Shown here piece after piece: positions 10,593 through 19,752 of a stretch of 64,000 bases of DNA. The notes below the pieces were generated by a model. That model had not been told where the DNA came from. It worked only from the letters and a program-made list of their open reading frames with translations, and searched no databases. The position numbers and the translations under genes are program-made. Source of the stretch: Capsulimonadaceae bacterium (GTDB lineage: Bacteria > Armatimonadota > Armatimonadia > Armatimonadales > Capsulimonadaceae); contig OZ244065.1 of assembly GCA_965215505.1 (NCBI GenBank), positions 1,888,001 to 1,952,000 of the forward strand. The letters run 5' to 3'. The stretch's first letter is position 1. Each line of letters begins with the position of its first letter.

Positions 10593-11009
10593 TTATGGCT
10601 TGTGCGAGAGCAGAATAGAAAACCCTGCCTGCGTGAAATGGTGATCGGACGTGAAGGCCTCGCTGATGCCTTCTTCTTGCATAAGGACGAAGCTGGTACA
10701 GTCGGTCAGCCCCCACTCTTTATCCGGCCTTTGGCAGTAAAGCGCCCAACCCTTCATCATCAACTCCTCACTCAGCGGGACGATCTCCACCATACCTCGA
10801 CGCATACGGTTAATGAAAGCGATGGTATGTAGGCGGAGGAGCGGGGCACTGAGAGCATCAGCCACTTCCAACAGTACAAAGTCAGATGTGACTAGCGGCA
10901 CCTTCCGCCGCACCAGCCCTTCGTAAACAGACTGCGCTCGGACATGGAGTGCATCCCTGACATTAATCACAGCGATCCAAGCCGCTGTATCCACGAATAC
11001 CGGGATCAT
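10593..11009 (-). CDS. PIN-domain (VapC-type) toxin
   Basis: VFVDTAAWIA, VLLE, GLTDCTSF, TSDHHF..AGF. Confidence 0.93.
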   Translation of the reverse strand: MIPVFVDTAAWIAVINVRDALHVRAQSVYEGLVRRKVPLVTSDFVLLEVADALSAPLLRLHTIAFINRMRRGMVEIVPLSEELMMKGWALYCQRPDKEWGLTDCTSFVLMQEEGISEAFTSDHHFTQAGFSILLSHKP

Positions 11010-11263
11010 GGTTCCGTCCTTTTGGGTGTCCCATAAAGGTAGTGATCGTGTTGGTGGGCCAAATCCTCGATGCCCGTGTCCATCTGACAATCGTTAATCA
11101 ACTTGGTTAGAGCATCATAATCGGTTTCTTGGATGTTCCCGAAAGTTGGTAGCTGTACCCGCTCGTTCAGGAAGGTAATCAAAACCTCTTCCTCGTCATA
11201 GCCCTCTACAGGTTCGGCGGGGTAAACGATCCCGTCTTTGATCCGACCTTTGATGGTTAACAT
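11006..11263 (-). CDS. VapB-type antitoxin
   Basis: TIKGRIKDGIVYPAEP N-terminus; C-terminal DTGIEDLAHQHDHYLYG; ATGA overlap with vapC. Confidence 0.8.
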   Translation of the reverse strand: MLTIKGRIKDGIVYPAEPVEGYDEEEVLITFLNERVQLPTFGNIQETDYDALTKLINDCQMDTGIEDLAHQHDHYLYGTPKRTEP

Positions 11264-11332
11264 GCTTCTGTTCTCCTGTGCCTTTTGAGGCACTGGCGTG
11301 CCCTCGGCCCTTCGCTATGCGCCTAATTCTGT

Positions 11333-11605
11333 TTAGGCGTGCCATGTATGTATCTGTTTAGGCGTGCCATGTATGTAGTGGTCGTGCTGGTGCGCGAGGT
11401 CGGTGACACCAGTGTCCATCTGGCATCTGTCAATCAAGGCGGTCAGTGAATCCCATCCGGCATCAATCTCAGCGGCCCCAGCATCGGACATGAGCATGTC
11501 TTCCGCTGCGACTTGTAAATGCGCTGTCGACTCTTGTCCACTCTTCGCCGCTTCTGCTTCCAGCCGCGCCTGCATCTTCGGCGAAATGTTTATAGTCATT
11601 GTCAT
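11333..11605 (-). CDS. second antitoxin-like protein (RHH-like N-terminus, same C-terminal motif)
   Basis: MTINISPKMQARLEAEAAKSG; CQMDTGVTDLAHQHDHYIHG; 25-bp duplication at 3' end (11328-11377). Confidence 0.72.
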   Translation of the reverse strand: MTMTINISPKMQARLEAEAAKSGQESTAHLQVAAEDMLMSDAGAAEIDAGWDSLTALIDRCQMDTGVTDLAHQHDHYIHGTPKQIHTWHA

Positions 11606-11765
11606 GGCTTGTCAACCTCGAAAGAATGTCGTAAACCGCATCTTCTTCGTTGCCACAACATTCCCACATGGACGCGAGAGACAACGCTCGCCAGTCCGCA
11701 AACTCCTCGTCTTCCGTCTCTTCGCCGTGCAGTGCCGCAGAGTTGCCGACTGTTTCCCCGGTCAC
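11600..11765 (-). pseudogene. antitoxin-like remnant (W..LS..S.W....NEEDAVYD.L motif)
   Basis: GTG at 11765 overlapping upstream stop; motif resembles C-termini of small antitoxins; frame runs on into the next gene. Confidence 0.4.
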
Positions 11766-12247
11766 GCCTGCATCAGCTTCTGGAGACACTTCAGCACCTC
11801 GTCACGGTTTTTCGCGGCCTTCATCCACTTCGGCAGATAGCGGGCAAGGCCGGTGTTTGGATAGGAACACTCGTCCCGCAGATCCGCCTCGACGTACCGC
11901 TTCAGGTAGGCGAGATGCGGGCGGTTGTAGGCCCACAGGGTTTCACCGCAACATGGCGTCTGGAACCAGAGCGGGAGGTTGAAGTACCAATCGGTCGCGT
12001 CTCCGTAGGCGTACCCATTGGTCTTCACATCTTTAATATGGCCGCATTTTGTGCAAATGCAGCGGGCGAAAGTGGCTACTCCGATCCACATATCTGGTCC
12101 GGACACTTCATGCAAGGCAAAATTGTGAGCAAGATCGCGCTCTATTTCGCGGACGGTGGCGCAGTCGCCGCAGGAGGGGCAGCGGACATGGAAGGCATCG
12201 GCGAATGTGCTGAGATGCTCTCCGGTGTTCTCAAACCGCGTCGGCAT
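11762..12247 (-). CDS. zinc-ribbon hypothetical protein
   Basis: CPSC and CTKC pairs; LPLWFQTPCCGETLWAYN, LPKWMKAAKNR. Confidence 0.75.
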   Translation of the reverse strand: MPTRFENTGEHLSTFADAFHVRCPSCGDCATVREIERDLAHNFALHEVSGPDMWIGVATFARCICTKCGHIKDVKTNGYAYGDATDWYFNLPLWFQTPCCGETLWAYNRPHLAYLKRYVEADLRDECSYPNTGLARYLPKWMKAAKNRDEVLKCLQKLMQA

Positions 12248-12291
12248 TGCTCCCCCCTTTGCGGTGCCCGCCGCCCCACCCTGCCGGACGA

Positions 12292-14097
12292 CTAGCCCAG
12301 GAGTTCCTGCTCCACCAAGACCGGCTCGCGCTCGGTCTTTTCGTCGTCGCGGGCGGGGCGGGACTCGACCTCGTCCATGTAGGTCTCGCTGGCCATGTAG
12401 CTGTCGAGGGGGACCATCTCGGGCGGGCGCTGGACGACCATGTCGCGGATGGTGCCGCCGGACTTGATCATCGGGTAGACGTTTTCCTCTTTTGCTATTC
12501 TGAAGTCCAGGACGGTCGGGCGGTCGGTGATGCTCATGGCTTCGTCCAGGGCGGCGCGGACGCCGGAGGGCTGGGAGCAGCGGATGCCGTGCGCGCCGTA
12601 AGCCTCGGCCAGTTTCAGGAAGTCCGGGGAGGCTTCAAGGTCCACGTTGGAGTATTTGGACTCCCAGAACAGCTCCTGCCACTGGCGGACCATGCCGAGG
12701 TACTGGTTGTTCAGGATGCAGATCTTGATGGGCAGCTTGTAGATGGTGGCGACCATCAGCTCCTGGATGCACATCTGGATCGAGCCGTCGCCCGAGACGC
12801 AGAAGACGGGCTTGTCGGGCTGGCCGAACTGCGCGCCGATGGCGGCGGGCAGGCCGAAGCCCATGGTGCCCAGCCCGCCGGACGTGATGAACTGGCGGGG
12901 GCGCAGGCACTTGTAGAACTGGGCGGCCCACATCTGGTGCTGGCCGACGTCGGTGACGACGATGGCCTCGTGGTCCGTCACTGCGCCGATCTCCTCAATG
13001 ACACTCTGCCCGTGCAGGACGCCGTCGGCGGGAAAATGCAGCGGGTAGTCCGCCTTCCACTGGCGGACGCGGGCGTTCCACTCGGGGTGCTGCGCGGGCG
13101 CGGCGATCTTCAGAAGCTCGGTCAGGACGGCCTGGACGTCGCCGACGATGGGCACGTCGGCGGCCAGCACTTTGCCGATCTCGGCGGGGTCCACGTCAAT
13201 GTGGATGATCTTGGCCGTGGGCACCCACTCGTCCGCCTTTCCGGTGACGCGGTCGTCGAAGCGCGCGCCGACGGCGATGAGCAGGTCGCACTCGCTGATG
13301 GCGTAGTTGGCATAGGCCGTGCCGTGCATCCCCAGCATCCCCAGCGAGAGGGGGTGCGTCTCGGGGAACGCGCCCAGGCCCTTCAGGGTGGTGGTGACCG
13401 GGGTGTCGGTCCGCTCGGCCAGGGCCAGCACCTCGGCGTGGGCACCGGAGTAGATGGCCCCACCGCCGACATACAGGACGGGCCGCTTGGCCTCGGCGAT
13501 CAGCTCGGCGGCGCGCTGGATCTGGCGCGAGTGGCCCCGGACCGTCGGCTTGAAGGTGGGGATGTTGACCTCCTCGACGGGCGTGTACTCAAATTCGGCG
13601 CGGGAGATGTCCACGGGGATGTCGATCAGGACGGGTCCTGGCCGGCCCGAGCGCGCGATGTGGAAGGCCTCGGCGATGATCTCGGGCAGTTTGGTGACGT
13701 CCTTCACCAGCCAGTTGTGCTTGGTGATGGGCATGGTGATGCCGGTGATGTCCGCCTCCTGGAAGGCATCGGTGCCGATAGACGCCGTCTTGACCTGGCC
13801 GGTGATCGCGACGAGCGGGACCGAGTCCATCATGGCGTCGGCGATGGGGGTGACCAGGTTGGTCGCGCCCGGCCCCGACGTGGCGAGGCAGACGCCGACC
13901 TTGCCAGTCGCGAGGGCGTAGCCCTCGGCCATGTGTCCCGCGCCCTGCTCGTGGCGGACGAGGATGTGGCGGATGTCGGGGAACTGGTAGATCATGTCAT
14001 AGATCGGGATGACCGCCCCGCCGGGGTAGCCGAAGATGGTGTCCACGCCCTCGCGCTTCAGGCACTCCAGGAGCGCGCGGCTGCCGTTGATTATCAT
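12292..14097 (-). CDS. ilvB: acetolactate synthase large subunit (biosynthetic)
   Basis: FGYPGGA, RHEQGA, TSGPGATN, GMLGMHG, DVGQHQMWAAQ, GDGS..M, GMVRQWQ. Confidence 0.97.
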   Translation of the reverse strand: MIINGSRALLECLKREGVDTIFGYPGGAVIPIYDMIYQFPDIRHILVRHEQGAGHMAEGYALATGKVGVCLATSGPGATNLVTPIADAMMDSVPLVAITGQVKTASIGTDAFQEADITGITMPITKHNWLVKDVTKLPEIIAEAFHIARSGRPGPVLIDIPVDISRAEFEYTPVEEVNIPTFKPTVRGHSRQIQRAAELIAEAKRPVLYVGGGAIYSGAHAEVLALAERTDTPVTTTLKGLGAFPETHPLSLGMLGMHGTAYANYAISECDLLIAVGARFDDRVTGKADEWVPTAKIIHIDVDPAEIGKVLAADVPIVGDVQAVLTELLKIAAPAQHPEWNARVRQWKADYPLHFPADGVLHGQSVIEEIGAVTDHEAIVVTDVGQHQMWAAQFYKCLRPRQFITSGGLGTMGFGLPAAIGAQFGQPDKPVFCVSGDGSIQMCIQELMVATIYKLPIKICILNNQYLGMVRQWQELFWESKYSNVDLEASPDFLKLAEAYGAHGIRCSQPSGVRAALDEAMSITDRPTVLDFRIAKEENVYPMIKSGGTIRDMVVQRPPEMVPLDSYMASETYMDEVESRPARDDEKTEREPVLVEQELLG

Positions 14098-14144
14098 CGC
14101 TGTTGTTCCTTCGATCGTGCAAAGAGGCGAACTGTCCGAGACCC

Positions 14145-14485
14145 AAAAAAGCCCCTCGTCCACCCATGAGATGTCTGCGGGCGGAAGACGCCCACAGGCA
14201 AGGGACGAGAGGCTTTCGATTCGGCGAAAAGCGTCACGCGGTACCACCCTTGTTCGATCCGAGACCTAATCCAGTTCATCCTGGGAGGCGACGGGCCGCA
14301 CTTGGAGCGCGATCACGGGCGCGAACCGGGCGGCCTTAGTGGCCCCCCTGGCCCAAATTCTGGGGAGTAGGAGGACGTTCGGGACGCCTGCTCGGAGGGG
14401 AGTTTCCTGGTGGCTTGCTGCCGTCTCGCACCAGCCGACGGCTCTCTGTAAACGCGCGCACCGGGACGTTGTCCTCGTCAATGCA
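14145..14485 (-). ncRNA. T-box riboswitch leader, probable Leu (CUC) specifier
   Basis: AAGGGTGGTACCGCG T-box at 14237-14251; AGAGA and GGTGCGA stem-I boxes; GAAA-CUC specifier (14400-14402); terminator hairpin with U6 at 14145-14150. Confidence 0.9.
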
Positions 14486-14512
14486 GTTGCAAATCATTCA
14501 GTTGTGGGGCGT

Positions 14513-14542
14513 AGTATACCCGCAGTGCTTACAGGCTGTCAA
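14513..14542 (-). promoter_or_regulatory. sigma70-type promoter of the ilv-leu leader
   Basis: TTGACA-18 bp-TATACT. Confidence 0.8.
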
Positions 14543-14558
14543 GTGTTTTGGCAGATAT

Positions 14559-15593
14559 TTAGACACCCGTTGGGCGCGGCCTGCGCGTCCGCCGCCAGAG
14601 TCCGACGCCCAGGGCCGCGACGAGAGCGGCTCCCAGTGTTCGCCAGTAGGCCATGCCATGGAAGCCGTCCCCTTGTAAGAGAGGCGGTGCGCTGTCTTTG
14701 CGGGGGTCAATCATCGGGTCGGACGCGAGAGCGCGGACGGAGCGCTGCGGAGCGTTGAAGTTCCAGCCTTCAAAGCGCGTCAGGTAGCCGCCCCTGGCTC
14801 CCGCCGCCCGCCAGAGCAGCGGGGCGTCGGCGGCCTCCCGGACGCTGACGGAGGGGTCGGCGTAGAGGCGGTCGCCGCCCAGCAGTGTGCCTTTGAGCGG
14901 GCCGGGGGTGTAGGCGTACATCTCGACATCGAAGACGCCGGAGTTGGCCGAGAACTTGAGGGGCAGCGAGAGCGTGTCTGACTTGTAGACGATGTGCAGC
15001 GGCTTGATGTCGGAGAAGCCGCCGTGCAGGCCGTGGAGCCTGAGAGTCAGGAAGACGGCACCCTTTTTGAGATAGGGCCGCTGGGTTTCCGTTGGGATGG
15101 CACTGAAGCCGTTCGCGACGAGCCAGTGGTTTAGCGCACCGCCCGCGTTCTTCAGGTCCAGGACTTCGACCGGCTGCACCTGATAGCCGCCGACGGTCTG
15201 CATCGGGTGAACTCGGATGCTTTGAGTGGGCGAGGGTATACCCGCCGCCTTTGTCGCCCAATGCGCGGCGGCCTCGCGCTCCCGGTCTTCGTTCGCCTTC
15301 TCGACGGCGCGGAACATTTCCGGGAAGAGGTTCGGATCGGCCTCCTCATAGTGGGAAGGCAGGGATGGCAGCGGGATGACCCAGGCCATCGTTTCAGGCA
15401 AGGAGCCGGACGACGCCTGCAAGTTCGTCCGAATGATCAGGTGCGCGTTCACGCCGTCATGGAACAGCAGCGCCTCCTTGGTCTTCTCCGTCACCGTGCC
15501 TTTGTAGGTACGCGGGACATGGATGCAGGCGCAGGCGACCGGCACGGCGGCAGCAAGGCAAAGGAGCAGGGCAGACAAACGGCGCATAGTCAT
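14559..15593 (-). CDS. DUF2330-like secreted/anchored protein
   Basis: signal peptide followed by CAC, AWVIPLPSLP, L..WL..NGF, PY.....F..L; C-terminal TM plus basic tail. Confidence 0.7.
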   Translation of the reverse strand: MTMRRLSALLLCLAAAVPVACACIHVPRTYKGTVTEKTKEALLFHDGVNAHLIIRTNLQASSGSLPETMAWVIPLPSLPSHYEEADPNLFPEMFRAVEKANEDREREAAAHWATKAAGIPSPTQSIRVHPMQTVGGYQVQPVEVLDLKNAGGALNHWLVANGFSAIPTETQRPYLKKGAVFLTLRLHGLHGGFSDIKPLHIVYKSDTLSLPLKFSANSGVFDVEMYAYTPGPLKGTLLGGDRLYADPSVSVREAADAPLLWRAAGARGGYLTRFEGWNFNAPQRSVRALASDPMIDPRKDSAPPLLQGDGFHGMAYWRTLGAALVAALGVGLWRRTRRPRPTGV

Positions 15594-15666
15594 CAGACAT
15601 TCTCCCTGAGAGAGTCCTGGCCCGGAGGTCCCGGCCATGAATGGCCGGTCTAGGGTTTTATTGGGG

Positions 15667-15862
15667 TACTCCCGGCTCCGCCGGTGGGCCGCCCGCTTCG
15701 GGGCTTCTGAAGGAGCAAGGCACGAAGAGGGGGCGCGGTAAGAACAAAGAGGGCGCGGCAAGCGGCGCCCCTACGAGGCTCGGACGATGTTATCCAGCGG
15801 CATTCTCCGAAGCCCCGGAGGGGCGGCCCATCCGCCTAGACGGGCGGTTTAGCGCCGGGCTA
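15667..15862. repeat. cluster of REP-like elements (family D pair surrounding a GTAG-type REP at 15751-15774)
   Basis: GGTGGGCCGCCC...GGGGCTTC motif recurs at 30473-30530 and 40136-40200. Confidence 0.65.
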
Positions 15863-15914
15863 TACTTAAGCGGGCGGCGCATGATCATCGTCCTCTCACG
15901 AGTCGCCTTCGGCC

Positions 15915-17033
15915 TCAGTTGCTCGCGACGACCTGTGTCCCGTTGTAGGTCCGCAGGTGGAAGCGGCCGTTTTTGAGGCGGGCGAGGTTGATCTGGCCCT
16001 TGGCGATGGTGTTGACGGTGAAGGTGTTCGGGTCACCGTCGCTGACGTATTTTAGCGCCTTTTGCTTCTCCATCAGCTCCAGCCAATAGTGGATGGTGTC
16101 GCGGCCCGCGCCGGGGATGATGCGCGGGAGGTAGTAGGGGTTGAAGCTCTTGTTGAAAAAGTCTTTGCCCATGGGCGAGGCGGCGGGGTCCGCGCCCGCC
16201 TTCAGGGCGCAGATGTTGTGGTAGGTGACGCCGCCGCTGGCCCCGCTGATGACCAGCTTCTTGTTCTTGGGGAAGACGCCGAAGGGCATTGCCAGGGTGT
16301 CCACGGGGTAATTTGGCTCGTAATGGTGGATGTTGGCGACCGCGCCGGCAAGCTCGGCCTCGACGCGGGCGTCGGGCCAGTGGCGGATGCCGGCGAGGTG
16401 ATGGATAGTGTGGTTGCCGATCTCGAAGCCTTCTTTGACCAGATAGTCCATCTTGCCCTGGGCGTACTGCGCCTGGTAGAAGGGGGGAGGCAGATTCGTC
16501 CCGACATCGGTCAGGACGAAGAAGGTCCCCTTCAGGGGCCAGTCTGGGTGCTGGGCGTGGAAGGCGTCTAGGATGCCGACGGCGCAGTCCGGGTCTATCT
16601 TGGCGTCGTCAGTGTACCGGAACTGGCCGCGCAGGGCATCATCGAAGGTCAGGATGACCGGGGACATGCCTGCGGGACAGTCTATCTTGCCGAGAACGTA
16701 ATCGTGCAGGCTGACCGGGCGGTAGTTGTGGTCGTAGAGCCACTGGATGTCTTTACGGAATGCGGAGGCGGGGTACTGATAGCCGGTGGTCTTGAGTCCC
16801 TTGACGAGATCGTGGTATTCTAAGATCGGGACCAGCCCGGCCTCGTTCGGCTGCACTTTGGTCAGGTCCACGGGCAGCATCGGCGGGACGGCGCTGGCGA
16901 GCGCGGCGCGCGGCTTGACGGCGGCCTGGGTGTGGCCCCGGTGGAGCAGGTGGCAGCCGGACAGCGCGCCGGCGAGCAGGGCGGCGGCAGCGCCGAGGGC
17001 GAACGGTCGCAGGGAAAGACGGGCGCTTCGCAT
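15915..17033 (-). CDS. polysaccharide deacetylase family lipoprotein
   Basis: lipobox LSGC; PILEYH, LTFDD, EIGNHTIHH, AMPFG. Confidence 0.85.
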   Translation of the reverse strand: MRSARLSLRPFALGAAAALLAGALSGCHLLHRGHTQAAVKPRAALASAVPPMLPVDLTKVQPNEAGLVPILEYHDLVKGLKTTGYQYPASAFRKDIQWLYDHNYRPVSLHDYVLGKIDCPAGMSPVILTFDDALRGQFRYTDDAKIDPDCAVGILDAFHAQHPDWPLKGTFFVLTDVGTNLPPPFYQAQYAQGKMDYLVKEGFEIGNHTIHHLAGIRHWPDARVEAELAGAVANIHHYEPNYPVDTLAMPFGVFPKNKKLVISGASGGVTYHNICALKAGADPAASPMGKDFFNKSFNPYYLPRIIPGAGRDTIHYWLELMEKQKALKYVSDGDPNTFTVNTIAKGQINLARLKNGRFHLRTYNGTQVVASN

Positions 17034-17153
17034 GGGGGGTCCTTTATCTGACGCGGGCAGTGAAAGCGGGCAATGGGAGATGGCAACGGAACGGGTCTTG
17101 GCTGGCCTTGTTATTATACCATGACGGTCGGTGGGGAACAAGGGGGAGGGCGG

Positions 17154-17537
17154 GTGACACAATGGGCGGAGCGGGTCTGGAACGGCGTCAACAGCCTTCT
17201 GGGGCTGCTGGGCGGGCTTGGCGGGACGGCTGATTACCTGCCGGAAGTGGCGGTGTGGGAGGTCGCGGGCGGCTGGCTGATCGGGCTGCTGGGCCGGGCG
17301 GGGTGGGCGGACGCCATCACGCTGGGCGACGTGGTGCTGTACGCCGACAGGGGCCTGATCCCTCTGCTGCACACGCACGAGATGAGGCACGTCGAGCAGG
17401 GGCGGGCGTGGGGGCCGCTGTTCCTGCCGGCGTATGTGCTGGAGTCGGCGTACCAGTGGCTGCGGACGGGCCGGGGCTACTGGGACAACCGTTTCGAGGC
17501 CGACGCCCGGCGGGCTTCGCATGGGGAGGAAAATTGA
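17154..17537 (+). CDS. small HExxH metalloprotease-like protein (DUF4157-like)
   Basis: AITLGDVV, HEMRHVEQ, NRFEADAR. Confidence 0.7.
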   Translation: MTQWAERVWNGVNSLLGLLGGLGGTADYLPEVAVWEVAGGWLIGLLGRAGWADAITLGDVVLYADRGLIPLLHTHEMRHVEQGRAWGPLFLPAYVLESAYQWLRTGRGYWDNRFEADARRASHGEEN

Positions 17538-17566
17538 GGCCGTCCGGCGAACAGGCGGGTCGGAGG

Positions 17567-18103
17567 ATGACGATGTTTACTGCCCCAAAGAACCGGCTTT
17601 CCACGCCTTTGCATGTCGCGCCCCTGCTTCTCCTGCCCTTTGCTCTGTGTCTCGCGCTCCCGGCGGCCTCGAAGCCGGCCGCCCCGGTGCCGTCGGCACG
17701 GCGGGAGATCCAGGCCATCTACAACAGGGTGAATGCGGCGGTGATGCAGAAGGATGTGGACGGCGCGTATGACTTTGACAGCGACGACTACACGGTCATA
17801 GACACCAAGGGCCACGTCCACGAGTCGTCGGAGTGGCGTCAGGAATTCGAGCAGGCGCTGGAGGAAGTTGACTCGATCAAGGCCGTCAGCGTCATCCAGA
17901 GCTTCACGGGCACGGGGGACGAAGCGACCGTCACGGTGAAGGAACACATGGTCGCCCGGATCGCAAACAACGCCAATGGCCGCGCCGTCAAGATCACGGT
18001 GGGGGACGTTGCCCGCGACCACTGGGTCAAGACGGCGGACGGCTGGCGGCGCACCCGGACGCGCATCCTGTCCGGGAAGGGCGCTTTCCAGAAGAACTTC
18101 TGA
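17567..18103 (+). CDS. secreted NTF2-like (DUF4440-type) protein
   Basis: GGAGG RBS, signal peptide, D.WVKTADGWR C-terminal strand. Confidence 0.7.
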   Translation: MTMFTAPKNRLSTPLHVAPLLLLPFALCLALPAASKPAAPVPSARREIQAIYNRVNAAVMQKDVDGAYDFDSDDYTVIDTKGHVHESSEWRQEFEQALEEVDSIKAVSVIQSFTGTGDEATVTVKEHMVARIANNANGRAVKITVGDVARDHWVKTADGWRRTRTRILSGKGAFQKNF

Positions 18104-18476
18104 GGAGCGGAGAAGAAAGGCGAACACGGAGAAGAAGGGCGGATAAGGGCAGGAAGGGCGAACACGAGGTTCGCCCCCACCCGTAGTGTGTCCAAAGCCT
18201 GAGTACCCTGACCACGTGTGCGTCTTTATCCACCTGATAGACGAGGCGGTGCTGGATGTTGATGCGGCGTGAGTAGGCCCCCTCCAAGTCGCCCACCAGC
18301 TTCTCATAAGGAGGCGGGTTCTGGAAGGGGTTGACGCGCAGAACCGCCAGCAGGGCTTCGGCCTTTGCGCGCAACCCTGCCGCCGCCAGGTCGCGCGCAT
18401 CCTTCTGGGCCTGCCGCGTGAACACGACTTGCCACGCTTCTAGAGGCGCTTCGTCCGCATCTGGTCCTGCACTCAC
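18027..18476 (-). CDS. Txe/YoeB toxin with C-terminal read-through into a REP element
   Basis: PFQNPPPYEKLVGDLEGAYSRRINIQHRLVY, WTHY; no stop after WTHY; GTGA overlap with antitoxin. Confidence 0.85.
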   Translation of the reverse strand: MSAGPDADEAPLEAWQVVFTRQAQKDARDLAAAGLRAKAEALLAVLRVNPFQNPPPYEKLVGDLEGAYSRRINIQHRLVYQVDKDAHVVRVLRLWTHYGWGRTSCSPFLPLSALLLRVRLSSPLLRSSSGKRPSRTGCASGCAASRPPS

Positions 18477-18715
18477 CAGGATGGCTCCGGGCTGCACTGC
18501 TCCAGAGGCGTCCGCATCCCCTCCCTGAGCGACTCGCGCATACCCGGAACGGAAAGCAAGTAAAGCGTCTCCTCGATGGAGCGCCAGTCCTCTTCGGCGA
18601 CCAGAACGGCGCTGGCACGCTCGCCGTTGATCTGGACCGGCTCATGCGAGGCCGCTGTTTGCTCCACTAGCTGCGTCAAGTCGTGCCGTGCTTGTTCGTC
18701 AGTGACAGTTCTCAT
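18473..18715 (-). CDS. Phd/YefM antitoxin
   Basis: SHEPVQI.G....AVLVAEEDWRSIEETLYLLSVPGMRES. Confidence 0.92.
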   Translation of the reverse strand: MRTVTDEQARHDLTQLVEQTAASHEPVQINGERASAVLVAEEDWRSIEETLYLLSVPGMRESLREGMRTPLEQCSPEPSW

Positions 18716-18743
18716 GGGTACAGTTTACCTTGTTCACCCTATG

Positions 18744-19007
18744 TCACCGCTTCCAGAAGCGGAGGCGTTCCCACCAGAGGGAGGCGGGGGTGTGCGCGGC
18801 CAGCTCGCGCAGGACGCGGGGGGACAGGGCGGCCTCCTGCATCAAGGTTTCCACCTGTCGGCGCGACTCGGCCTCGGCCTGGGCGGGGGGCGGGGGGGAA
18901 CGCAGGGCGGACTGGGCCAGGCGGATGGTTCCCGAGAGCGCGGGCGAGTCGGGGGCGTCCTGCCCGAAGGCGTCCTGCGGCTCCGAGGAGTCAACTTCTT
19001 CCGACAT
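18744..19007 (-). CDS. hypothetical protein, possible anti-sigma partner
   Basis: AGGAG RBS, ATG at 19007 overlapping ECF sigma 3' end. Confidence 0.5.
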   Translation of the reverse strand: MSEEVDSSEPQDAFGQDAPDSPALSGTIRLAQSALRSPPPPAQAEAESRRQVETLMQEAALSPRVLRELAAHTPASLWWERLRFWKR

Positions 19008-19752
19008 ACTGCGTCTCCTCTTGGCTTGCGTGTGATTGCTGCGTCTGGGGGGTGCGGGGGCGTCGGTCGCGGCCGTTCTCCAGTCGTTCGACGGCCTCGA
19101 CGCGCTGCTCGATCTCGCGCCGGAGGGCGACGGTGGCGCGGTGGAGCAGGGACTTGACGGCGGACTCGGAGCGGCCCAGCAGGGGGGCGATCTCGCGCGT
19201 GGAGAGGTCGCCCAGGAAGCGGTGGATGAGCACGTCGCCCTGGTTGGGCGGGAGGGCGGCGATGGCGGAGCGGACGAGCTGCTGGACCTCATGGCGCTCG
19301 ACGACCTCCTGCGGGGACAGCGTGCCGTCCGGCCGGTGGGAGTCCAGCAGGGCGCGCATCCCCTCGATGACCGGGGCGTCCAGGGACACGACGCCGGAGG
19401 GCGGGCGCTGCCGGTGGCCGTCCACAATGAGGTTCAGGGCGATCCGGTGCAGCCAGGGGTAGAACGAGACGGGGCCACTCTCGGGGTCGGGCTTGAGGCG
19501 GAAGCGGCTCAGGCTGGCGAGGGCGCGCATGAAGGTTTCGGAGGCGACGTCTTCGGCGTCCTGGGCGTTGTTGGTCTTGAGGTAGGCGAGGTGGTAGATG
19601 CGCTTGTAGTGGCGCGCGTGGAGCGCGCCGAAGGCGGCCACGTCGCCGCGCTGGGCGGCGGCGATGAGTTCGCCGTCAGGGGGTCCATCCGGGGCGGGGC
19701 GGCCGGCGGGGACGGTGGCCGTCAGCCCGCACAGCGCGAAAAAGCCAAACAT
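18991..19752 (-). CDS. ECF (sigma-70 group 4) sigma factor
   Basis: DAEDVASETF, WLHRIALN, region 4 EIAPLLGRSESAVKSLLHRA. Confidence 0.92.
   Translation of the reverse strand: MFGFFALCGLTATVPAGRPAPDGPPDGELIAAAQRGDVAAFGALHARHYKRIYHLAYLKTNNAQDAEDVASETFMRALASLSRFRLKPDPESGPVSFYPWLHRIALNLIVDGHRQRPPSGVVSLDAPVIEGMRALLDSHRPDGTLSPQEVVERHEVQQLVRSAIAALPPNQGDVLIHRFLGDLSTREIAPLLGRSESAVKSLLHRATVALRREIEQRVEAVERLENGRDRRPRTPQTQQSHASQEETQYVGRS

Noticed and set aside
12247-14169. 640-aa plus-strand ORF and many other long antisense/alternate-frame ORFs (e.g. 57949-59421, 59818-61359)
   Set aside because: Shadows of well-supported minus-strand genes; expected in high-GC DNA and lacking recognisable motifs
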